Below are positions 46,033-56,423 of a stretch of 64,000 nt of DNA, one piece after another. The stretch is from Candidatus Woesebacteria bacterium (GTDB taxonomy: Bacteria; Patescibacteriota; Microgenomatia; UBA8517), in NCBI GenBank assembly GCA_020060565.1, contig JAGVAE010000002.1, positions 85,036-149,035 of the forward strand. Direction: 5' to 3'. A model generated the notes under the pieces. The model was given only the letters and a program-made list of their open reading frames with translations. It made no database searches and was not told where the DNA came from. Position 1 is the stretch's first letter, and each line of letters opens with the position of its first letter. The translations under genes were made by a program, and so were the position numbers.

Positions 46033-47088
46033 TTAAATATTTCCCCAACTGATCAATCTGTCATTTTCATTCTTTCCAAATTCTATCTTTACCCAAATGA
46101 TAATGGCTTCGTCATCAAATTTACGGATCGTGTCGGCTACCCTTTCCGCCCATTCAATTGACACAACTGATTTGTTTTTAATTAAATCTCCAAATCCTAG
46201 TGCATCCAGTTCTTTGGAATTATCAAGTCTCCATGCATCAAAATGAAAAAGTTTTTTATCTTTTTGCCCATATTCATTCTCTAGTGCAAATGTTGGGGAG
46301 GTGACAAGTTCTGTGATTCCCATAGCCCGTGCGAGCCCTTTAGTGAATTGGGTTTTGCCTGTTCCCATTTCTCCTTCAAGAGCAAAAACAATTGTACGTT
46401 TGCCTTTATAGCTTTCATATTTTTGCCAAAGTTCTTTACCCAAATTTTGGGTATTTTCTTCACTTCTACTTAATACCTCATTTTTATCTTTAATTCTAAT
46501 CTCGCCCTGTCTAAGAATAGTGGGGTTATCAAGTGTTGTGTCAATCACGGTTGAGGGTTCATTGTGGGGAAGTTCTCCAGCATCAATAATTAAATCGATT
46601 AGGGATTTTTGCTTTTCAGATATATTTTCAATAATATCCGATATCTTATATGGACGTTTTTGGTATGAAGCATTTGCTGACGTTGCAACAATGGGTCTGC
46701 CAAATTTTTCAATTAAATTAAGCATCAATTTATAATCAGGGATTCTTACCCCAAGAGTTTTTTCTTCTGACTCAATTCCAGATGCCACAAAACCTTTACC
46801 TTTTGAAATGATAGTAACAGGACCAGGAAGAAATGTTTTATATAAATTCCTGGCAACATCATTAAGTGTTACATATTTTTCAGCCATTTCTTGGGATGAA
46901 CACATAATTGCATAGGGTTTTCCAAGTGCCCTTTTTTTGTAAAGGTTTAGTTTTTTTACAGCCTTATTATTTTTAGAGTCAACGGCAATGCCATATACAG
47001 TTTCACACGGAAAGACCACAAGACCTCCATCTTCCAAGACGTCTATAGCCTTTTTGATTACACTATCATCAGCTTTTACTATCTGCAT
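46033..47088 (-). CDS. Fusion protein: TsaC/Sua5/YrdC domain (N-terminal) plus a TsaE/YjeE P-loop domain (C-terminal).
   Basis: N-terminal VVFPCETVYGIAVD…VRIP is the YrdC fold. The C-terminal FALEGEMGTGKTQFTKGLARAMG…SPTFAL is the TsaE Walker A and signature. Confidence 0.65.
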   Translation of the reverse strand: MQIVKADDSVIKKAIDVLEDGGLVVFPCETVYGIAVDSKNNKAVKKLNLYKKRALGKPYAIMCSSQEMAEKYVTLNDVARNLYKTFLPGPVTIISKGKGFVASGIESEEKTLGVRIPDYKLMLNLIEKFGRPIVATSANASYQKRPYKISDIIENISEKQKSLIDLIIDAGELPHNEPSTVIDTTLDNPTILRQGEIRIKDKNEVLSRSEENTQNLGKELWQKYESYKGKRTIVFALEGEMGTGKTQFTKGLARAMGITELVTSPTFALENEYGQKDKKLFHFDAWRLDNSKELDALGFGDLIKNKSVVSIEWAERVADTIRKFDDEAIIIWVKIEFGKNENDRLISWGNI

Positions 47089-47112
47089 GCAGCTATTGTA
47101 GCAATTCTGAAG

Positions 47113-48870
47113 CTAAATTGCTGGCCCTGTGCCACGTAAGTAAATTGCTTGCCAGGGTTTATAGTTGGAGACAAAGTTTTTGTCTGTTAATATCTCCCCA
47201 TTTCTGACTACTTTATAACTAAATGTAACTTTAGCTCCGCGGGCTGCATAATCTATCTGCTTTGTTTGACCTGCAGGAAGGGTGGGATCGTCTTGGTATA
47301 AATCTTCTGGTGCTGGTGTAACGTTTGTAATTGTTGGTTTTGAGGTGGTGGCAACCCTACCATCACTTACACCATAGAGTTCAAACACAAGAGAATATTT
47401 TTTTGAATTGTTTTTAGCCTGAATCAGAATGTAGCCAGGAGTATCATTTTTAAATTTAAAGTCGGGAGAGGGGGAATAAACTGTAGCGTCAAACCCTGGA
47501 GGTGAATTTTGTTCATAATAACTAACTCTATATGCATGTGCCGCACGTTCCAATATTGGTAGCCCCGCATTAAGCACAGACCTAAATAGAGTTGTTGAAA
47601 CCTGGCAAACCCCACCACCGTCACCCAAAATTGTTCTTCCATTTTCAATAATGTATGCTTCTTTATAACCAGTAATTTTAGAAATATCTCCAATATTTTG
47701 ATTAAAGGAAAAGATGTCACCAGGTTTAACTAATGTTCCATTAATTTTGCTTGCAGCTAAATTTACATTAAAAACCCTTCCTGGTATTGAATGATAATAT
47801 GTTGATTCTCCACGACCAATTAACTCCTTAATACCCAAAGTATTAACTTCATCAGTAGAAACATCTGGTGAAGTTCTTAGAACTGGAATCTCAAATGTAG
47901 CTATTTTTTCATCTGTTGAAGCAATCTTGTCCAAAGTGCCTTTGAATAAATCATTAAATTTTTGGCTATCAAGGATTATTCCATCTAGGGCAGGTAAAAA
48001 TTCCGTGACTTTACTGCCGTTAAATTCAAATTTTGGATTTTGAGGATCGCGATTGATGTTTGAGGCTATATCAAATACAATCTTATCCAATTCTTCTTTA
48101 TTATACCCTCCCCTAGGATTAATCAGTTTGAATAAATCACCATCCTTATAATTAAACTTTTGGGATTCAAAACCCAAATTAATGCTTTTACCTAAGTATT
48201 TTTCTCCAATTTCTTTAGCTTTTACAGTCTCTTTATCATCTAGTGAATAATCAACCATTATTAATGGAATTGGAATGTCGTCGCTTCTAATGTAGGACAA
48301 GTTGCGTCCTAAATTTGCTCTAAGAATTTTGATGTCTAATTCTGAACCAGGCAGACCCTTGTTTACTTGTACTATCTCACCCTTCTTCTCAATAGAAGGG
48401 TAGACCGGATTAACTGTAACTTGCCTCTTAACCATAGAAGTAAACTTTTCTAATTTTTCCTCATCGATATTTGTAGCAAGACCGATATTTTGTTTTTCAG
48501 TAACTAAACGAATTTTCTGAATAGTATCTAAAATAAAATTATCTGTCCGTGTCAAGTTGTAAGCTCTGTCAACCGATGCGCTAATATCATAATTTAGGTC
48601 AATATCTCTTGTAATTAGTTCAAAAGATTGAGCTTGTTCTGTTAATTTTATTTTTTCTGGAGGAGAAATGTTTTGGGAAAGAATAGTAACCGCATCTTTG
48701 GGAATTTTACCACCAACTTTTATTCCTGCTATATAAGTATTGGGGTAGATCCTACCCACATATCTAATGTTATAAATAAGAAAAGGACCCAAAATTAGTA
48801 TGATCAGAGAAGATAAAACAATAGTAAGGTAACGAGTACGCTTTTTCTTAAATGATATCGCGGAAGTCAT
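47113..48870 (-). CDS. VanW-family protein with an N-terminal TM anchor.
   Basis: GGGVCQVSTTLFRSVLNAGLPILERAAH is the VanW signature. Confidence 0.6.
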   Translation of the reverse strand: MTSAISFKKKRTRYLTIVLSSLIILILGPFLIYNIRYVGRIYPNTYIAGIKVGGKIPKDAVTILSQNISPPEKIKLTEQAQSFELITRDIDLNYDISASVDRAYNLTRTDNFILDTIQKIRLVTEKQNIGLATNIDEEKLEKFTSMVKRQVTVNPVYPSIEKKGEIVQVNKGLPGSELDIKILRANLGRNLSYIRSDDIPIPLIMVDYSLDDKETVKAKEIGEKYLGKSINLGFESQKFNYKDGDLFKLINPRGGYNKEELDKIVFDIASNINRDPQNPKFEFNGSKVTEFLPALDGIILDSQKFNDLFKGTLDKIASTDEKIATFEIPVLRTSPDVSTDEVNTLGIKELIGRGESTYYHSIPGRVFNVNLAASKINGTLVKPGDIFSFNQNIGDISKITGYKEAYIIENGRTILGDGGGVCQVSTTLFRSVLNAGLPILERAAHAYRVSYYEQNSPPGFDATVYSPSPDFKFKNDTPGYILIQAKNNSKKYSLVFELYGVSDGRVATTSKPTITNVTPAPEDLYQDDPTLPAGQTKQIDYAARGAKVTFSYKVVRNGEILTDKNFVSNYKPWQAIYLRGTGPAI

Positions 48871-48909
48871 ACCGATATGATACCATTTAATTGTTATAGA
48901 AGATCAAAA

Positions 48910-50364
48910 ATGAACGAAGAACAAATTCCACCAAATACATATACTATTCCAACTGGCTCACCAAATAATACACCTGAGGTTCCTTTAGACCAAACACAAG
49001 AAGAAATTCCACCAGTTGTTCCACCTCCAGTAAAGAAAAGTTTTTTTCTTCCATCTCAAATCCCCAAAGTAGCTATCTTTGCAGGAATTGGGGTTTTACT
49101 TTTGGTCGTAATATTCATAATATTCAAAGCCCTAACTTCATCAAAATCAACTACAGCCACAGGAACAATTACCTGGTGGGGTCTTTGGGAAGACCAAACA
49201 GTAATGCAGCCATTAATTAGTGAATATGAGACTCTACATCCTGGTACGAAAATAAATTATATTAAGCAATCTCCACAGGATTATAGAGAGAGATTAACAA
49301 ATTCGTTAGCAAAAAAAACAGGACCAGATATTTTTTTCTTTCATAACTCATGGGTTCCAATGTTCAAAGCAAATTTAGATTCACTTCCTGCATCGGTTAT
49401 GAGTCCCGCTGATTTTTCAAAAACCTTCTATCCAGTAATGTCATCCGATTTAACGTCAGGAAGTAGTATTGTGGGTATTCCTTTGGGGTATGAAGCGTTA
49501 ACTTTATATATTAATCAAGATATATTTGATAAAGCTGGAAAGGCGGCTCCAACAAATTGGGATGATTTTAGATTGGTTGCAAAGCAACTTACAGTTAAAG
49601 ATGACCAAGGAACTATTACTCAAGCAGGGGCGGCGATGGGTAGGACTGAGAATGTTGATCACTGGCCAGAGATTTTAGCCCTTCTTATGCTTCAAAATGG
49701 AGTTAATTTAAGTAATCCCATAGGTGCACCAGCCGAAGGAGCTCTTACATATTTCACTCTATTTTCAACCGTTGACGGAGTTTGGGATGCCACACTCCCT
49801 TCTTCAACACAAGCTTTTTCTGCAGGGAAGCTGGCAATGTATATAGGACCAACGTGGAGAGCTTTTGAAATCCAACAACAAAATCCAAATATTAAGTTTA
49901 AAACTGTGCCAATTCCACAACTTCCAAAAGACAACCCGAACCAAGCTGATATAACATACGCAACCTATTGGGCACAGGGTGTTTGGTCTGGTAGTGAAAG
50001 AAAGGCTGTGGCATGGGACTTCTTAAAATTTCTATCATCAAAAGACTCCCTTACTAAGCTTTATCAAAATGAAAGCAAGATAAGAAGTTTTGGGGAACCA
50101 TATCCAAGGAGTGATATGGCAAACTTACTTTCAACCCATCCAATTGCTGGATCTGTGGTCTCTCAAGCATCGGGAGCGGTGAGCTGGTATCTTAATTCTA
50201 GAACTTTTGATGGACCAACGGGAATAAATTCTCAAATGATTAATTATTTTGAAGATGCTGTCAATGCAGTAGCTAGTGGTAAAACCCCAGCTGACAAGGC
50301 CCTGACAACAGCCGCTCAGGGAGTTCAGCAAATACTTGCCCAATATAAATTAATTGCAAAGTAG
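48910..50364 (+). CDS. ABC transporter substrate-binding protein (family 1, sugar-type) with a TM/signal anchor.
   Basis: Start at MNEEQ. Pro-rich linker, TM, then ITWWGLWEDQ…FFFHNSW, typical of SBP_bac_1. Confidence 0.55.
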   Translation: MNEEQIPPNTYTIPTGSPNNTPEVPLDQTQEEIPPVVPPPVKKSFFLPSQIPKVAIFAGIGVLLLVVIFIIFKALTSSKSTTATGTITWWGLWEDQTVMQPLISEYETLHPGTKINYIKQSPQDYRERLTNSLAKKTGPDIFFFHNSWVPMFKANLDSLPASVMSPADFSKTFYPVMSSDLTSGSSIVGIPLGYEALTLYINQDIFDKAGKAAPTNWDDFRLVAKQLTVKDDQGTITQAGAAMGRTENVDHWPEILALLMLQNGVNLSNPIGAPAEGALTYFTLFSTVDGVWDATLPSSTQAFSAGKLAMYIGPTWRAFEIQQQNPNIKFKTVPIPQLPKDNPNQADITYATYWAQGVWSGSERKAVAWDFLKFLSSKDSLTKLYQNESKIRSFGEPYPRSDMANLLSTHPIAGSVVSQASGAVSWYLNSRTFDGPTGINSQMINYFEDAVNAVASGKTPADKALTTAAQGVQQILAQYKLIAK

Positions 50365-51184
50365 AATGCTTAACAGCAAAGGTCTAACAATCAACGAAAG
50401 AGCTTCAGTTGTTTATCACAATTTATTTGATTATCCATTAAATTTTTCAGATCTGATAAAGTGGACCACAGGAAAACAAATATTGTCAAATGATTCAAAC
50501 GTGTCAGTTGTTAATAAAAGGGGATTTTATTTTATAGAAGGTAGAGATGGACTTGTATATAAAAGGGTATTAAGAAAAAGAATTTCTGCAAAAAAAATAA
50601 AGATTGCCAAAAATACAGCTAAAATCCTTTCTTTTATTCCAACCCTCAAAATGATAGGGATAACAGGTTCCTTAGCAATGCAAAACTCGTCTGAGGATAG
50701 TGATATTGATTTAATGATTGTTGCAAAAAGCGGAAACCTTTGGACTACAAGACTATTTTGCTACATGACTACATGGCTAAATGGTTTTGCGGTAAGAATT
50801 CCAGAAGATAAAGTTCAAAAAAATAAACTATGCCTTAATATTTGGTTGGACGAAAGCGACTTAATCTGGAAGCAAAAAGACAGAAATGTGTATACTGCCC
50901 ACGAAATTGCACAAATAATTCCTTTAATAGACAAGGACAATACTTTTGAAAGATTATTATTTCAAAATAAATGGATTCTTGATTATTGGCCAAGGGCTGT
51001 GAAGATTAAAAATATTAAATTTGAAACTAAAAAACCAACATCTGGTTTAATTGAAAAATTTTGCTATTGGCTGCAATACCAATATATGAGAAACAAAATT
51101 ACTAGGGAAGTTATTACTCCAACTCGCGCCCTGTTTCATCCACAAGATTGGGCAAAAGTAGTTTTAGGCAGACTTTCCTCTTGA
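50354..51184 (+). CDS. Nucleotidyltransferase-domain protein.
   Basis: GSLAMQNSSEDSDIDLMIV is a GS…DxD polymerase-beta-like NTase motif. Confidence 0.4.
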   Translation: MQSRMLNSKGLTINERASVVYHNLFDYPLNFSDLIKWTTGKQILSNDSNVSVVNKRGFYFIEGRDGLVYKRVLRKRISAKKIKIAKNTAKILSFIPTLKMIGITGSLAMQNSSEDSDIDLMIVAKSGNLWTTRLFCYMTTWLNGFAVRIPEDKVQKNKLCLNIWLDESDLIWKQKDRNVYTAHEIAQIIPLIDKDNTFERLLFQNKWILDYWPRAVKIKNIKFETKKPTSGLIEKFCYWLQYQYMRNKITREVITPTRALFHPQDWAKVVLGRLSS

Positions 51185-51209
51185 CACAACATTGTTTTCT
51201 ATTTAGAAT
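51181..51209 (+). promoter_or_regulatory. Sigma70-type promoter of groES-groEL.
   Basis: TTGACA at 51181..51186, a 17-nt spacer, then TAGAAT at 51204..51209. Confidence 0.5.
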
Positions 51210-51234
51210 AGCACTCATCATCATTGAATGCCAA
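51208..51234 (+). promoter_or_regulatory. CIRCE-like inverted repeat (HrcA operator candidate) overlapping the groES start codon.
   Basis: ATAGCACTC-N9-GAATGCCAA versus the consensus TTAGCACTC-N9-GAGTGCTAA (8/9 and 7/9 matches). Confidence 0.4.
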
Positions 51235-51521
51235 AATTAAAACTTAAACCAACAGCAGGATATCTTCTAATTGAACCTTTGGAAAAAGAGGTCAAAACTG
51301 CTTCAGGTATTTATTTACCAGACACGGCTAGCGAGAAACCTCAAAAAGGAAAAGTATTAGTAACTGGGGGAGTTCTCCTTCAAGATGGTCAAAAAATAGC
51401 ATCTCCTGCAAAAGTGGGGGATGTGGTTATTTATAAAAAGTGGGGGGGAAATGAAGTTAAAATTGAAGGTAAAGAATATTTATTTGTAAAATTTGAGGAT
51501 ATATTAGCCATAGAGGCCTAA
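51228..51521 (+). CDS. groES: Co-chaperonin GroES.
   Basis: 97 aa with the typical GroES sequence (LKPTAGYLLIEPLEKE…KVGDVVIYKKWGG). Confidence 0.9.
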   Translation: MPKLKLKPTAGYLLIEPLEKEVKTASGIYLPDTASEKPQKGKVLVTGGVLLQDGQKIASPAKVGDVVIYKKWGGNEVKIEGKEYLFVKFEDILAIEA

Positions 51522-51548
51522 TATATCCGTTATTTAGATGTACCATTT

Positions 51549-53180
51549 ATGGCAAAACAATTAAAATTTAGCAAAGAAGCCCGACGCGCTCTACTTACGG
51601 GAATTAACACTGTGGCCAAAGCAGTTGTTACTACATTGGGGCCAAAAGGAAGAAATATTGCTCTTGATAAAAAATGGGGAGCTCCAAACATAGTTCATGA
51701 TGGTGTTTCTGTTGCAAAGGAAATTGATTTACCAGATCCATTTGAAAACATGGGTGCACAGCTTGTAAAAGAAGCAGCGAGTAAAACCAATGATAATGCT
51801 GGAGATGGAACCACAACATCAACTCTTTTAGCTCAAGTAATGACGGCAAAAGGTATGGCAAAAATTAATGCAGGAGCAAATCCAATGATTGTTAAAAAGG
51901 GAATTGAAAAGGCAGTTGAAGCAGTCACGGCTGAACTCAAAAAGATGGCAAAACCCATTAAGGGAAAGGAGGAAATTACTCAAGTTGCTACAATCTCTGC
52001 TGGAGATGACGCAATTGGAGCAAAAATTGCAGAGGCTTTAGATAAGGTTGGGCGCGATGGCGTGGTTACTGTTGAAGAAGGAAAAGGTTTAACAATAGAC
52101 ATTGAATACAAAGAAGGAATGGAGTTTGACCGTGGCTATGCCTCAGCTTATTTTGTAACCAATGCTGACAAAATGGAGGCAGAAATTGAGGATGCATACA
52201 TTCTTTTAACTGATAAAAAGATTTCTTCTATCCAAGACCTTCTTCCTTTCTTGGAAAAATTTGTAAAAGTAAGTAAAAGTTTGGTAATTATTGCTGATGA
52301 AATAGAGGGGGAAGCTTTGGCTACTTTGGTTGTTAATAAACTAAGAGGAACTTTTAATGTTTTGGCAATTAAAGCTCCTGGATTTGGAGATAGACGCAAA
52401 GAAATGCTTGAAGATATTGCGACTCTTACAGGAGGAACGGTAATAAGCGAAGACACGGGCAGAACTTTTGAATCAATAGAAGTAACAGATCTTGGTCGTG
52501 CAGACAAGGTATGGGCAGACAAAGATAATGCAAGAATAATTGGAGGCAAGGGAGATAAGAAATTGATTGACAGTAGAGTTGAATCAATTAAAAAACAAAT
52601 TAAAGCCAGTGATTCTGATTTTGATAAAGAAAAATTTGAAGAGAGATTAGCTAAACTTTCAGGTGGAGTTGCCCAAATTAATGTTGGTGCTGCGACAGAA
52701 ATTGAGCTTAATGACAAAAAAGAAAGAGTAAAGGATGCAGTTGGAGCCACCAAAGCTGCAGTTGAGGAAGGAATTGTTCCTGGGGGAGAAACAGCACTTC
52801 TAAGAAGTCGTGAAGTACTTAAAAAGTTAAAAGTTGAAAAGGGTGATGAGAAAATTGGACTTGATATAGTTTTCGATGCTCTAGAAGAACCTATTAAATG
52901 GCTTGCAAAAAACGCTGGAGACGATGAACTTGTGGTTCTTAAAAAAGTTTTGGCTAAGAATGATAATGATTATGGATATAATGCTTTAACTTCCGAATTT
53001 GGATCAATGACCAAAATGGGAATAATTGACCCAGTAAAAGTCACAAGAAGTGCTCTTCAAAATGCAGCCAGTGTTGCAATGATGGTTCTCACCACTGAAG
53101 GCTTAGTTACAGATATTGTTGAAGAAAAGAAAGAAACACCTCAAATGCCACCAGGTGGAATGGGTGGAATGGATTACTAA
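51549..53180 (+). CDS. groEL: Chaperonin GroEL.
   Basis: 543 aa with GroEL hallmarks ([12 protein letters not shown]…, [12 protein letters not shown]) and a C-terminal GGMGGMDY. Confidence 0.95.
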   Translation: MAKQLKFSKEARRALLTGINTVAKAVVTTLGPKGRNIALDKKWGAPNIVHDGVSVAKEIDLPDPFENMGAQLVKEAASKTNDNAGDGTTTSTLLAQVMTAKGMAKINAGANPMIVKKGIEKAVEAVTAELKKMAKPIKGKEEITQVATISAGDDAIGAKIAEALDKVGRDGVVTVEEGKGLTIDIEYKEGMEFDRGYASAYFVTNADKMEAEIEDAYILLTDKKISSIQDLLPFLEKFVKVSKSLVIIADEIEGEALATLVVNKLRGTFNVLAIKAPGFGDRRKEMLEDIATLTGGTVISEDTGRTFESIEVTDLGRADKVWADKDNARIIGGKGDKKLIDSRVESIKKQIKASDSDFDKEKFEERLAKLSGGVAQINVGAATEIELNDKKERVKDAVGATKAAVEEGIVPGGETALLRSREVLKKLKVEKGDEKIGLDIVFDALEEPIKWLAKNAGDDELVVLKKVLAKNDNDYGYNALTSEFGSMTKMGIIDPVKVTRSALQNAASVAMMVLTTEGLVTDIVEEKKETPQMPPGGMGGMDY

Positions 53181-53201
53181 ACTTCTTGATATAATCTTCT
53201 A

Positions 53202-53768
53202 ATGTGGAAAGAGGCGGAGGAATTTCTTCTAAAAGATAAATATATTGCACCACTAGTCAAAAAATGGGGACATTGTTCAGTCAAACCAATTAAGAAATTG
53301 TTATATTTTCAGGATCTTGTGGAGGCCATAGCAAACCAGCAGCTTTCAGGTAAAGCAGCATCAACTATTTTTGGTAGGGTAAAAGACATGTGTAATGGAA
53401 AAATTGGTCCCAAGGTAATTCTGAAGCTTTCCGAAACTAAGCTTCGTGGTGCAGGTCTTTCATATGCCAAAATAAAATACATTAAAGACTTGTCCAGCAA
53501 AGTTGAAAACAAAGAACTTAAAATTGATAAATTAGACAAACTCTCAGACAACGAAGTTATAGCAAAACTTGTTCAGGTTAAGGGAATTGGAACTTGGACC
53601 GCAGAGATGTTTTTAATGTTTGCTTTGGGGCGGCCCGATATTTTTCCAAAAGATGACCTTGGTATAAATAAAGCAATGCAAAAATTAAAATTGAAAAACT
53701 CTAATAGGTGGAAGCCATATAGAACAGTCGCTTCATGGTATTTATGGAGGTCATTGGAAAATAGGTAA
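53202..53768 (+). CDS. HhH-GPD base-excision DNA glycosylase (AlkA/3-methyladenine glycosylase II-like).
   Basis: LVQVKGIGTWTAEMFLMFALGRPDIFPKDDLG is an HhH-GPD motif with the catalytic Asp region. Confidence 0.6.
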   Translation: MWKEAEEFLLKDKYIAPLVKKWGHCSVKPIKKLLYFQDLVEAIANQQLSGKAASTIFGRVKDMCNGKIGPKVILKLSETKLRGAGLSYAKIKYIKDLSSKVENKELKIDKLDKLSDNEVIAKLVQVKGIGTWTAEMFLMFALGRPDIFPKDDLGINKAMQKLKLKNSNRWKPYRTVASWYLWRSLENR

Positions 53769-53789
53769 TTTGGTGGTAAATTACCTCAA

Positions 53790-54218
53790 ATGGCAGAGAG
53801 AAAAGAAAGATTGGAAAAAAATGGAGTAGTTTTTGCTTTGTGGGATGGGAAAAATCTTCAATTGGAGGTAAGAAAAAAACCTGGTAATTTTTTTGGGTTT
53901 ACGATAATCCCAGGTGGAAAAGTAGAAAAAAGTGAATCTTTTGAAGATGCTTTATTACGCGAAGTAAAAGAAGAATACAGAATTGAAGTTTTGGAATATT
54001 ACACATTAGGTGATTTTACTGAAATTGAGGATGGGGGAATTGTAAATACAAGAAGATTGTTTTTAGTAACACGATGGAATGGAGAATTGGGTAATCCAGA
54101 AAAAATAAACGATCACATTGGAGTGCCTATTGAAAAAGCCTTTGGTCTTAGCAATCATCCTTTAACAAAAACCTTTTTGGATGTGATTCAAAAAGAAATA
54201 TTCAAGTTATCTACTTAG
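53790..54218 (+). CDS. NUDIX hydrolase (MutT-like).
   Basis: Nudix box GGKVEKSESFEDALLREVKEEYRIEV. Confidence 0.65.
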   Translation: MAERKERLEKNGVVFALWDGKNLQLEVRKKPGNFFGFTIIPGGKVEKSESFEDALLREVKEEYRIEVLEYYTLGDFTEIEDGGIVNTRRLFLVTRWNGELGNPEKINDHIGVPIEKAFGLSNHPLTKTFLDVIQKEIFKLST

Positions 54219-54956
54219 GACTGAAAGAGGATTAAGAGCAATGCCATTTTGGCGGATTTCAAGATGAAGGTGGGGGCCTGTTGAATGGCCCGTAATACCA
54301 ACCTGTCCGATTTCGGTTTCTGTAGTAACAATATCCCCAACTTTGACATTGATACCACTCAAGTGTGCATATCGTGAAGTCAAGCCTTTATCGTGATCAA
54401 CAACAACAGTATTTCCGTATCCATATTTGGTGCGTTCAACTTCAGTTACCACACCTGATTTTATAGACGTAATAGAATCTCCAATCTCTCCACCAAAATC
54501 TACTCCAGGATGAAATAACCCAAATCCTTGGTTGATTTTGATTATTTTAAGTGGATATGAAGTGGCCTTTACAGTTTTAAGAGTGTTTTGGGTTTGAATT
54601 ACAGTTTCTGTGGGTTCCACTTCAAAGTCAGCAGCTTGGACACCATTCTGGGCAACGGGTAAAAAGGTACCAGCTATAATGAGTGCACTTAAATTGGCTG
54701 CAAAGTATCTTTTGACATTTTTATGTCCAGAAACATGTCTAGCTATTTTGCCAAACATTGTGCCTGATCTGTACTTTTTTCTTATAATTTTTGGAGTAGG
54801 AACAAATGGCTCTTCCACCAAAGGCTTTCGCCTTTTTATTAGCTTCATATGAAGCTGGAGGCGGTACTTGGGTAATTCAAGACTAAATTTTCTCATATGG
54901 CCCCGAGAACTCAGGGTTTGGTCCCTTCCAAGCTCAACCTGAACCTGGTTAGGCAT
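54207..54956 (-). CDS. M23-family metallopeptidase (LytM domain) with an N-terminal TM anchor.
   Basis: HPGVDFGG…, YAHLSGINVKVGD and GHSTGPHLHLEI are M23 motifs. The true start may be internal (MRKFS or MKLIKRR). Confidence 0.75.
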   Translation of the reverse strand: MPNQVQVELGRDQTLSSRGHMRKFSLELPKYRLQLHMKLIKRRKPLVEEPFVPTPKIIRKKYRSGTMFGKIARHVSGHKNVKRYFAANLSALIIAGTFLPVAQNGVQAADFEVEPTETVIQTQNTLKTVKATSYPLKIIKINQGFGLFHPGVDFGGEIGDSITSIKSGVVTEVERTKYGYGNTVVVDHDKGLTSRYAHLSGINVKVGDIVTTETEIGQVGITGHSTGPHLHLEIRQNGIALNPLSVLSR

Positions 54957-55031
54957 ATAAAAACCCGCAGGAATGCGGGTGAGCCGTGATTCTACAGTAT
55001 GAAAGCAGTCAAAGTCAAGTTTTTGGGGGCC

Positions 55032-55481
55032 CTAAAATTTAATGTCAAAATCCAAGGATGGGGGTTGAAGTCGGCTTTGTTTTATGTCTAGATTGTTAAT
55101 TTCATTTTTTAAACTATTCAATTTGATTTGGCTCTCAGAAAGGATATCTCTCGATGTCGTAGCTTGGGATGTGTTTTGAGCCGTTGGGGTAGGTTTGGGA
55201 GTCTCTAGTGCGACCTGAGCGACGTTTCTCTTTCCAAAGAGAAGTCCTAATATAAGAATTAGAAATATCAAACCAAAAGAGATACTTACAGGCAAAAATA
55301 TTTTCTTATTTGTATAAAATTTACTGTTTTTAAATTTACCCAGTTCAATAGAGGCTACTAGTTTAGCCTTTGATAATATGAGTTTCCAACCAGTGGGTTC
55401 AGAAACTGGTGGCTCAACAGGCAAGGAGGTGGATTCTTGGGGGTTTGGGTTTATGTTGGAATTATCGTTTGGGTTTATCAT
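55032..55481 (-). CDS. Bitopic membrane protein with a C-terminal coiled coil.
   Basis: 149 aa. TM helix PVSISFGLIFLILILGLLF plus LNSLKNEINNLDIKQSRL. Confidence 0.3.
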   Translation of the reverse strand: MINPNDNSNINPNPQESTSLPVEPPVSEPTGWKLILSKAKLVASIELGKFKNSKFYTNKKIFLPVSISFGLIFLILILGLLFGKRNVAQVALETPKPTPTAQNTSQATTSRDILSESQIKLNSLKNEINNLDIKQSRLQPPSLDFDIKF

Positions 55482-56293
55482 TTCATTTGGTTTTGAATAG
55501 AAATAAGCATCTCTGTTAAGTAGCTATTTAGTTGAGAAAGTGGGCTAATTGAGGAGGATAATATTTCAACAGAATTTCTATAAGTTGCTCCAACTCCGAA
55601 GTTTTGAGAATACAAAGTCTGGATTTTTACCACCGCAGAATCTTCATTTTTTTGTAGTTGTTGCAAGACCGCGTCAGTGTCATTAATCCATCTATTAAAG
55701 GGATCAATTTTAAGCTTACCCACAGCCACCTGGTCGTCAATGTATTTTTTAAGATCAGTAAATATTTGTTGATGGGCTAGCCTTATCCCAATTTCCTGAC
55801 TTAAACTAATATCAAAAAGACCCTCATTAATTATGGGTGTTGTATTGGTTTCAAGGCGGCTTTTACTTTCATCAGATTTGTTAAACAAATCTACAGGCTC
55901 ATCACTATCTAGATAATTTTTAATATGATTTTGATACCACTCAATTTCGGGATCAATTTTTGCGTATATAGCATTTTTTTGGTTTTCATCAAAACCCTTA
56001 GATTCCCATATATGCATTCTGATTGCGGTTAAATAAACCACGATCAAATTATCTCTCTCTTTAAGCATTTTTAGGGTCTTGCGTCTAGCTTCACTTTTAA
56101 GTTGGAGTGTTGGGTTCCCTTGATAGAAAGATTTGGCTTCCTGGAATTCTGAATATGCCTTTTGGTAAACACTTAATTGATATTGATAATCGGCATATGC
56201 TTTTGGAGCGTCAAAGTCTTGAGCATGAATGCTAGTACCAAGTACTAAGTACAAAATACTAAATACTAATATTGCTATGGCAGTTTTTTTCAT
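55478..56293 (-). CDS. Hypothetical secreted protein.
   Basis: Start at MKKTAIAILVFSILYLVLGTSIHA (signal peptide). No motif assigned. Confidence 0.4.
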   Translation of the reverse strand: MKKTAIAILVFSILYLVLGTSIHAQDFDAPKAYADYQYQLSVYQKAYSEFQEAKSFYQGNPTLQLKSEARRKTLKMLKERDNLIVVYLTAIRMHIWESKGFDENQKNAIYAKIDPEIEWYQNHIKNYLDSDEPVDLFNKSDESKSRLETNTTPIINEGLFDISLSQEIGIRLAHQQIFTDLKKYIDDQVAVGKLKIDPFNRWINDTDAVLQQLQKNEDSAVVKIQTLYSQNFGVGATYRNSVEILSSSISPLSQLNSYLTEMLISIQNQMK

Positions 56294-56304
56294 TTTGTTT
56301 GATG

Positions 56305-56376
56305 AGGCCACGACCAGAATCGAACTGGTGCATAACTGTTTTGCAGACAGTCGTGTTTCCTCTTCACCACGTGGCC
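56305..56376 (-). tRNA. tRNA-Cys (anticodon GCA).
   Basis: Acceptor GGCCACG/CGTGGCC, anticodon arm ACTGT-CTGCAAA-ACAGT, T-arm ACCAG-TTCGATT-CTGGT. 72 nt, CCA not encoded. Confidence 0.75.
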
Positions 56377-56423
56377 ACTAAGACATTCTACCATAAAATA
56401 TGGTAAACTCGAGGCTACCTAAA

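Noticed and set aside
50354-51184. Nucleotidyltransferase-domain protein, as part of a defence system (e.g. CBASS or toxin-antitoxin).
   Set aside because: No partner effector, HEPN or cyclase-type motif is nearby. Only a generic polymerase-beta-like NTase motif is visible, so no system is claimed.
52148-52753. 201-aa antisense ORF inside groEL. Similar antisense or out-of-frame ORFs lie inside dnaA (33334..33858), the VirB4 region, valS (43392..43724) and elsewhere.
   Set aside because: They lie entirely within strongly supported genes on the opposite strand or in another frame. Their compositions (S/L/P-rich) look like frame artefacts.
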